Under the pieces are notes generated by a model that was not told where the DNA came from, did no database searches, and saw only the letters and a list, made by a program, of their open reading frames with translations. This document shows positions 39,492 through 48,400 of a stretch of DNA of 64,000 nt, one piece after another; within the stretch, counting starts at the first letter, position 1; each line of letters starts with the position of its first letter. The position numbers were made by a program, and so were the translations under genes. The DNA comes from Aplysia californica (taxonomy: Eukaryota): positions 1,444,618 to 1,508,617 of the forward strand of contig NW_004797325.1 in assembly GCF_000002075.1 (NCBI RefSeq), in the 5' to 3' direction.

Positions 39492-42400
39492 CGTGGCGAA
39501 GAAGAAGAAGAAGAAGGATCTTTGCCAGAATTTCTTGTGCCTTTGTTTTTCTATGAAGTTAGGCTCACCAGTTGCTCAAAGATTGCTATCTTCTTTAATA
39601 TCCCTTACATCCCACCTGAGTTGTTCATTTTTTAAGGGTGTGTTTGAGAAAGAGTTAATACCTTAATTTATCACCCGAGTCATATATTTTATCCGGAAGA
39701 GTTTTTTTAAACGAGTTGTTTCTAGAAAGTAGATAGATGATTAGGGGTGCTCTGGTATTGTTTGCTCCTTCTTTCCTATCAAACATGTATCTTCCTAATA
39801 TCTACTCCTTCCATTGTCTTTGATATAAGTATAAGATCTAATTGTGTTGCAAGTTCCGTAAAAGACTTTCTAAACCTGAAACAAAAATCAAGAAAGTGGC
39901 TATATCGCATTTTGCTAAAAAAAAAAAAAAGTATGACACGATGGGACATCTGAAGAGGGTGACCATCTATTAAAAGCAACAGCACAGTTGTAAAACCAGT
40001 CCAAACTGAGATATTTACATTGAAAATCACAATCCTCCCCTTTCCAATGCAAAAAAAATAATTTTATTCTCTTGTTGTGCAGCAACTCAAAGGTCGAAGC
40101 CTCTTCAGATGGCACTTCTGACACTGATGAACAGGGCCGGCCTGGTGCTAAGAAACGCAGGTACCCTTCGATCAACTCCTCCAAGCCTTTTAGTCCCAGC
40201 TCGACTTCTTCACAGAGTGGCACGTTCCCAACTGCATCTCCTGACAGTTCAGGCCCAACTTTTTCCGGTACATTCCAGAGCACGAGCCATGAGGTAAGCA
40301 GTGAGGGTCTTACAATGATGTTTTTGTCTATTGCAGTCAATAATGATGATAATCTATGACATTTGTATAGTGCTCTGCCCTGATTAAAGAACATAGGCTG
40401 TGGGCGCATTACAAAAACAGGCAGAAATCTGCAGTTTTTTCAAGACTGCAAGTTGATCAGTTTAGCGGGAAGACTTTCTGTTTGTTTTCATTATCTGTCA
40501 CAACGTCCTGAACACTAAGCCGTCTATGGTTATAGATTTCAACAGATTCTCTTCTGTGGGTCGTTGGTGGGTACTCTGGTGTGGTTTGCTCCTTCTTTCC
40601 TATCAAACATCTATCGTCCTTATCTCCCCTTCTTCTTTTTTATGTTTGTTACCCTCTCTCTTGTAACACCTCTGATCTTCTGGCGCTCATATGACCTTAT
40701 GCAGTTGCGAGCGCCGTAAAGCCTCTTCTAAAAAAAAAAGATTCTCTTCTGTCATCTTTTCCTTGCATGTCTGTTTTTGTGAATTTTTCCTTTCCAGAGT
40801 GTTTATCAAAAAGCAAATCGTCAACAAGCTGTTAAGATATTCTAAGCCCAGAAAGAAATTACGTCACCTTCTGTGTGTATCTTTTCTTGCCTTTTTCAAC
40901 AATAAGCTTTTGATTTCAACTAAATACTTCTTGAGCACATGCAACCAATACCACACATAAAGAAACTGCAATGAAATACTTTTTTTGAAATATTGGGCTT
41001 GGTAATGTGAACAGCCGGCTCACGAAATGTCTCTAACCGCTAACCATTAATTTCTTGCTGTCTTTTTTTTCTATTGTGGCTCACAAATAAATTCGCATTA
41101 TACATCACTTTCTGGTCAAAAAGGACTCTATTTGTCAATGGAAACAACAATAGAAATGCCTTTTTAAAGTCTTGGACACTCCTTAAATTCCTTGATCATG
41201 AAATATACTTTTGAACCTCATTTCTAAAATATCGCTCTTATAAGCTCTTGTATGTTTTCTAGAACAGCCTACAAATGTGTGCAGAGTGTTCTAAAATTGT
41301 TGGAGATTTTTGTCTATTCTGAATTCGTTTTTTTTTTCCTTCTCTAAAAATTCAAAATGGCAGTGTTTCCTGTGTACCCAAAAGGCTGATCACGGAAAAA
41401 ATTGATGAATCGTCTGCCTTGCTCAGTTCTGTGTTTATACAAAGCTATAAGGAAATCTGCTCATATTTAAGAACATAACTTTTAGGTGCATTCTCTTATT
41501 GAATGAAGTGAATTAATGTTTCATAACTCAAATTCTCACCAAGTAGTGTCTACTGCTGTGATTTATTTTAGTTTTGTCCTGATTTTTAAAAAAAATTTAA
41601 AAATTCATTCTTAATCATTTATTACTTTTCCTGAACTAATTACAATCTTGCAAATGTTTAGAAATATGGGCCTTATTTTCCATAAACGTTGTTGAGAAAA
41701 ATATGGGCTTTTATTCACTGGAAAATAGAAGGCAAAAGAGGCAGAGATGGACCAAGGGTAACTTCTTGGAGAACTAAATTCAGAGGATTTTTTTACAGTT
41801 CTGTTCTGTTGCAGTTTTGTGCAACATGCATGGACATCTTTTTCCACCCTGTTCGTTTTGTTTTGATAAATTGCTCCTGTGAAAATTGTTGGCTTGAGAA
41901 TTAAAGTGGTCTATCTTCACCTGAGGGCAAAATTTACTTTTCATATTATGCACAGCGCCAAATCTGTGGTCTTTTAGCTTCGGCAGGCTGTACGCTGCTA
42001 GGTCAGCGTGACTGGGGTCAGCTGCCAGTCAGTCTATCTGTGCTAACACCATGCACGGGGTTACTTACCATACACAAGGAAGATATCTAGAATAGTTTTT
42101 TAACTGCATGTGATCAAATACAGCCGTCTTATGCATAGTAATTAAAGTAATATACACTGAATTAAAGGTTATGTAACAACCAAAGGGCATAATGAAATTC
42201 ACTAAATCTCAGTTAGAATAAAGGTAATCAAAGTGGGTATCTACTTACCAGAGGACAACATTGTTGAAAGATTAGTAATCAAAATTTTTACATTTTCGTT
42301 CAACAGCCGAATTCGGCGGGCTAGTGATGAAATTCAGATTATCATATCTGTCTTTAAATGGCACAGGTCTATTTACACATTTTGTACAATATACACTTAT

Positions 42401-45400
42401 CTATGGGGCCGTGGATGTTTTCTCGGTGCATGCAGTCTCGATGCGCAGTGAAGGTGATGTCTGTAGCAAATGTGTGCTCATTACAAATGGCAGTTTTTTC
42501 CTTATTGTCTACGATGCCTTGAGTCCGCTTTTCAATTTTTGAAATAGACTGGTGACAGCTTTTGGTTCCTTATTCTCCCAGCAGGCCCAAGCCAAAGCCG
42601 TGTTGCGTTATGAATTGAATGCAGTGTTGTTCTAAAATGTGCTGTTTGGGGATTATCTTTTTTGGAAAATGTCTTCTGTTCAGCTTTATGTACGAGTCTA
42701 TTGCTGTCTGAATTGCTGGGATAGAGGTTTTGGGAATAGGTGCGCTGTGTGAGATGTCATTATGAATTTGACAATACGTTTGGTTGAGAGAGTCAAAAAT
42801 CAAACCTATAGTGTGCGTTTTATCAACAATGATTGGATCATACGTGTACCTCTGTGTCTGGTGTCTGCTCTACATTTGTTTGTGTAAGGATGGGGTAGAT
42901 GGGGTGTCTTCTTAGTGTCATAGGTCCTCGGGTGACATTATTTGTGATAAATAAACTTCGAATATTTGTCATCTGTGTCTTCTCTAATGTCAATATCATA
43001 AATTAATAAAATGTCACTCTGCAGTGACTCACATTATGTCCTAGCCTTTCTTTTCAGACGCTGTTGTATTTTAGTCACATTCTTACACCCGCAAACGCGA
43101 CAAACTTCAGCAATAAGGTATGTCTCTCAAGTGTGTGTTCCATTGGGAGATTTCAGTAAACTTGTTAGAAATGAATCAGGGGCAAATGGATTCTACTTAC
43201 TATCATAACACGGTTTGATCAACAAAGATGAAATTTATACACATTAAGCACAAATATGTCTTCCTTTCATATATAAATAACGATCTATGAAATTAGCAGA
43301 GAACTGTTGAACTCAGAACAGCATAGAATCCAGCATACATTGTTGCACGAGCCAAATAACAAGGCACTGAATAAGAATCGGATGTAAGTGACTTAATATT
43401 GCTGCAACTGTTCTTCCCACAATTATGGAAATTATACACATGAAACACAAATATGTCGTCAGTGCCTGCACCAAAACTTGTTGAGATTGATCTGGAACTT
43501 TGGAAATTATAAATGAATGAAATGCAGCACACAGATTAAATTTGTTGAAATTCTGAACATTTTGCACACTCTATAACATCGGCAAATATCATCGCATTGA
43601 GATCAAGTTTTCGCAGACTGAGAGGGGAAATCTTACTCTTCTCTTTTTATATGGAATAGTTCGTGGTTAGAGTGAGGAGGTGACGCCATGACCTGCATTC
43701 CTGCAACTGATGCGCAACAGAGCAGGCAGTGACCACGAAGGGGAATGATTTTGGCCAGTTTTCAGCGCTGTGCATAAAATAAATCTTTGTTTCATCTCTT
43801 AGTTTAACAAAGGTCTAGTCTTAGTCTTAGAGCTGCTTTTGAATAGGATTTTCTCCAAATTGGAACCGAAAATTGAATTCTTAGTTCTAGTTTTGTGAAA
43901 GCAGAAAGTCCCACTTTTCTTGAAACTGCTAAAAGTGGAGTTCAATTGCTCTTATTCTTAATGATACAATTTATTTTTTGGAAAACAATTTTGGATGTGA
44001 TGAGGACATTTCTCTGTGTATTTAGGTACCGATCCAGTTGGTGGGTTTGGCCCAAGAATTTATGGAGGATTGTCTTGTGGGGGATGTGGGAGTGACGTGG
44101 CCTTGAGAGACCACCTACAGAAATGAAATAAACCAATCGTTAGCCTGTATTGTATTATATCTCTGAGTTTTGTCTTCTTTGTGGATTGCGTTACGGGTCT
44201 TTTTCATGTGCGACTGAGATTAGCGATTTAAAAAGATATTTGCAAAAATGAAAGTCGTTCGTGAAGTTTTAAAAGGGATGCTACTTGGTTATGTTGGAAT
44301 ACAATGCATTGGATGACTCAAATCATGCATTCAAAATGGAACTCCAAAATAAAAAAAGGCGGGCAAGGAAAGACTGTCGAACAGTTTTTTTATTATTGCT
44401 TTTGGTTTCTTCACACTTCCCTTACTGGCGTCTGTGGTGTAGTAGTTATGCTTTCTGCCTTCGTATGCAAATCACACGAGTTCAGTTCCCATGTAGTGAA
44501 ATCTTTTTATCAAGTATCTCTGTCTGTATAACATAAGATAATAAGATAAGTTACATCTTTATTGTCCAGATCCTGGCACATTGGTTTGGTGTTTCACCAG
44601 GTAAACACATGCACACATATCTGCATAATATAAATGAACAGTAATATAAACAATAATAATGTTAAGCAAGATACATACTCAGTATTCTGATTGTGACTCG
44701 ATGTTATTCTGATTCATGCTCTAAGGTCGTATGCATACTTGTAACAAGATGGTTAAGATGGAAGAATGTTGATGGATGATGGTAAAAATGACACTCTGTG
44801 TCTTTCTTTGTTACAGATGAAAAGCCTAGTCTTTTACTTCTCACTAATATTTTTATTTTAGGGAACAAGGGATGTTTATTGTCCAAAAAGATGGAATTAA
44901 TTTTTTTAGTGCAAGCTGTAATGGACAATTCATCCAAGGAGGAGAATGTAGATGTTAAAATTTTTCATTCCTTCAGTATTAATTGATTTAATATTTCTTT
45001 ATCTTGTTGTCTTATGTTCCCGGCCCATGCTGATATACAGAAATTGGTCATACTTTCTATGGTTGAATAAAAGAATATGGACATCAATGTTTTATCAACT
45101 TTAAAATACATGAGTTTCCGGAGAGAAAAAATAGTCTCTTTTTCACTTTTTTATGTAGGAGAGAAGTGTGGACCCGCCAGTTGAGTTTGTTGTCTACTGT
45201 AACACCCAAATACATATCATCTGACACTTGTTTAACGTTCTCAGTTTTAGTTTCGAGTAGCTGCAGGGGCAGTTTCTTTTTCCTAAAGTCAACAACAAGT
45301 TCTTTGGGTTTTTTCGCTTTTAAAAGCAGCTTATGATTTTCACACCATTCAGAAATTCCGGTAAGCAGTTTCGTTATGGTCAGCCTGAACTAGCCCAGTT

Positions 45401-48400
45401 ATAGTTGGATCATCCGCAAATTTGAGCAACTTAATGTTGCTGATTTTTATTTCGCAATGGTCCATGTATAGTGTGAATAAAACTGGTGACAAAAGACATC
45501 CTTGAGGGGCCCCTGTATTTGTTATGATGTGTGTTGATGAGGAATGGTTTAATTTTCCTTTTTGGGTTCAGTTGATAAGAAAATTCCCTATCCATGATAT
45601 TAAATTGACGTTAACACCTATGTTTTCTAATTTCTTTAAAAGGATAGCTGGCTGGACAGTAATAAAGGCTGAAGAAAAATCAACAAACAGGATCCTACAG
45701 TATGTTTCTGGCTTGTCGTAGTGTCTATATTGTTGTAAAAAAATAGTAGAATGGCATCTTCCACACTTCTTCCAGGACGATATGCGAATTGTTCATGGTC
45801 CTGGATGGGTTCTATTTATGCTCGTAGTTTTTTTTTAGCACAATATTTTCTTGATGTTTTATAACTATGAATGTTAAGGATTGTCTTGTGGGGGATGGGG
45901 GAGTGACGTGGCCTTGAGAAACCACCTACAGAAATGGAATAAATCAATCGTTACCCTACCCTGTATTATATATATCTCTTGCGTTTTGCCTTCTTTGTAT
46001 AATGCATTATGGGTGTTTTTCATGTGCGACTTGGATTAGTGATTTAAAAGGGATGCTCTATCTCACTCAGCCTGAGTTGGCCCCAACAGGCAGGGCTTGG
46101 CTCCCAAAATGATCTAAATGTGTCAATAGAGGCATAAAACATTTGTAGTCTATACAATCAGACCTCCCTTTTATCGTTTGGGTAGGATGGTGCCACTGGG
46201 GGTCCTACTTTTCTTCCCTCTCTATTGTTTCTGTCTATCTTTCTTGCTTTTTCCCCGCGCACTACCTTATAAACGAATTGCTGTTCTGACTTGTCTTGTA
46301 CCACAGTCGAACCTACTGTAACGACCACCGATCTAAGATTATCACCCGTAAAAACAACCTGGCCCCCTTCCCCTTGCATGTTTTCTGCGTCATAATGACC
46401 CTGTCCAAGATGTCCACCTGTCAAAGACAACCACTTTTGTTCTCGTCAATGGGTGGCTGTCTTGGACAATTTCGACTGTACCAGTTCCATTGGTCTCTTC
46501 TATAGGGTTCTTCTACTGGTTCTCCTGTCCTAAAGAGTGAACCCAGCACCCCTGTGTCTGCGTGCCCCGAGAACACGCCGAGAGCCGAGTGTGGTGTGGT
46601 AGATGGAAGTGATGCCACTTCACTTGGTAAATAAACATAAGCCTGTCATCTTCCTCATTCACATTATTCTCTTGATTTTATGCCCATCGATCTAATGGTC
46701 AAATGCATGATCAGATCAGATTAGGGTAGATGGAAGCGATGCCGTTTCACTTGGTAAATAAACATAAGCCTTTCATCTTTCTCATCGACATCATTATTTT
46801 GATTTTGGTCTAATGGTCAAATGCATGATCAGATCAGATTGGTTTGGGTCAGGTGTAATGACACTGGCCAGTGCACACTGCATCAAATCATCAGAGTCAG
46901 TCCACAGCTACTCAAATGTATATCTGGTGGATTCCAGATAAAGTCGTTCTATGAATAAAAAGACACCAAGGAGCCTCTTACAAAATAGTTTTGTTTTCAA
47001 TGGTTGTGTACTTCCGTTTTTTTTAAATTGAAAAATAATGAGGTGCTTGTGGAGTGACGCTGACAGAAGTCCATTTTAAAGGAAATTTATTAAGGCTTGT
47101 GGCATTCTGCTGATTGCATGTGCAAACCAAATATCTGATGCACACGTCTTATGACTGGCTGATTTCATCAAACCTATCAAATTGTTACCTCAAAAAGGAA
47201 ACATCTTTGAATTTTGAGGAGGCAATCAAACTGACTAAAGAATGCTTTTGCCCCTTCATGAAAGCAAACCAAGCCTCCTTCAAATGTGCCGTATTGAATT
47301 GAGCTTTGTTTGATGAAACTTTTTGCAATGTGCACCAGGTATAATCGAGCACCAACCAATATTCAGTCTGTTATTCTGTGTTCTGTTCTGAAATTTGTCT
47401 CCAATTATGAAATTCACGAATATGAACTAGCAATGGTGATCATGATAATTTTCATCAATTTCTCCCTTCTTGATTTTTCCCTGTTCCTGCTCCTACTGTT
47501 ATATTATACACTTTCAACCACGCAGTCTTCCTCTTCTTCTCTATTCATGAGTGGTTGGAGGGCGCCACGAGTTGGTTCTACTTCTTTTCTTTACTCTCTA
47601 TTGTTTCTGTCTTTCTACCTTGCTTCCCCCCCCCCCCCCCCTCCACACACCTCATGACCATGATTGAGTCAATGTGTGTTTTTTTTTCTCAGTTTAATGT
47701 ATTTTCATATATATACATATCTCAGTTGTTTCCGAATTGCAGTGCAGTTTATCTCTCAGTTGTTTCCGAATTGTATTGTAGTTTATCTCTCTGTTGTTTC
47801 CGAATTGTATTGTAGTTTATCTCTCAGTTGTTTCCGAATTGTATTGTAGTTTATCTCTCAGTTGTTTCCGAATTGTATTGTAGTTTATCTCTCATTTGTT
47901 GCAGAATTGTATTGTAGTTTATCTCTCAGTTGTTTCCGAATTGTATTGTAGTTTATCTCTCATTTGTTGCAGAATCACATTGTAGTTTATCTCTCAGTTG
48001 GTGTAGAATTGCCGAATTGTATTGTAGTTTATCTCTCAGTTGGTGTAGAATTTTAATATAGCTAGCTTATCTCTCAGTTGTGCCAAGATTGTATTATAGT
48101 TTGTCTCTCGGTTGTGTCTGCATTGTGCTTCTGCTTGTGTTTTTGCCTGACTGCTAAACTTTTGCCTGCCCCCCTGCTGTGCATAACCTTTTTGTTGCTT
48201 TCTATGATGCCCTTGAATTATTTTATCAGTTTTTCGAGAATTTATCAGGTTCATGTCGGGAGAATCCCAAAAAGGCATCGTTTCTTAGGACAGAAACTTG
48301 AGTTGGGGCACTTTTGAAGAAAGCATCTGGTTTTTAAAAGAATCTTCGATAGATATTCTTTACACAAGAGTGCTTGAAACTATTATTTTCTGATGGGGTA

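Noticed and set aside
42230-43230. Additional degenerate LINE ORF on the minus strand
   Set aside because: Composition is suggestive, but I could not read a diagnostic endonuclease or RT motif. It needs BLASTX.
47718-48112. 34-bp repeats of CRISPR-repeat length
   Set aside because: Head-to-tail with no spacers, so a minisatellite.
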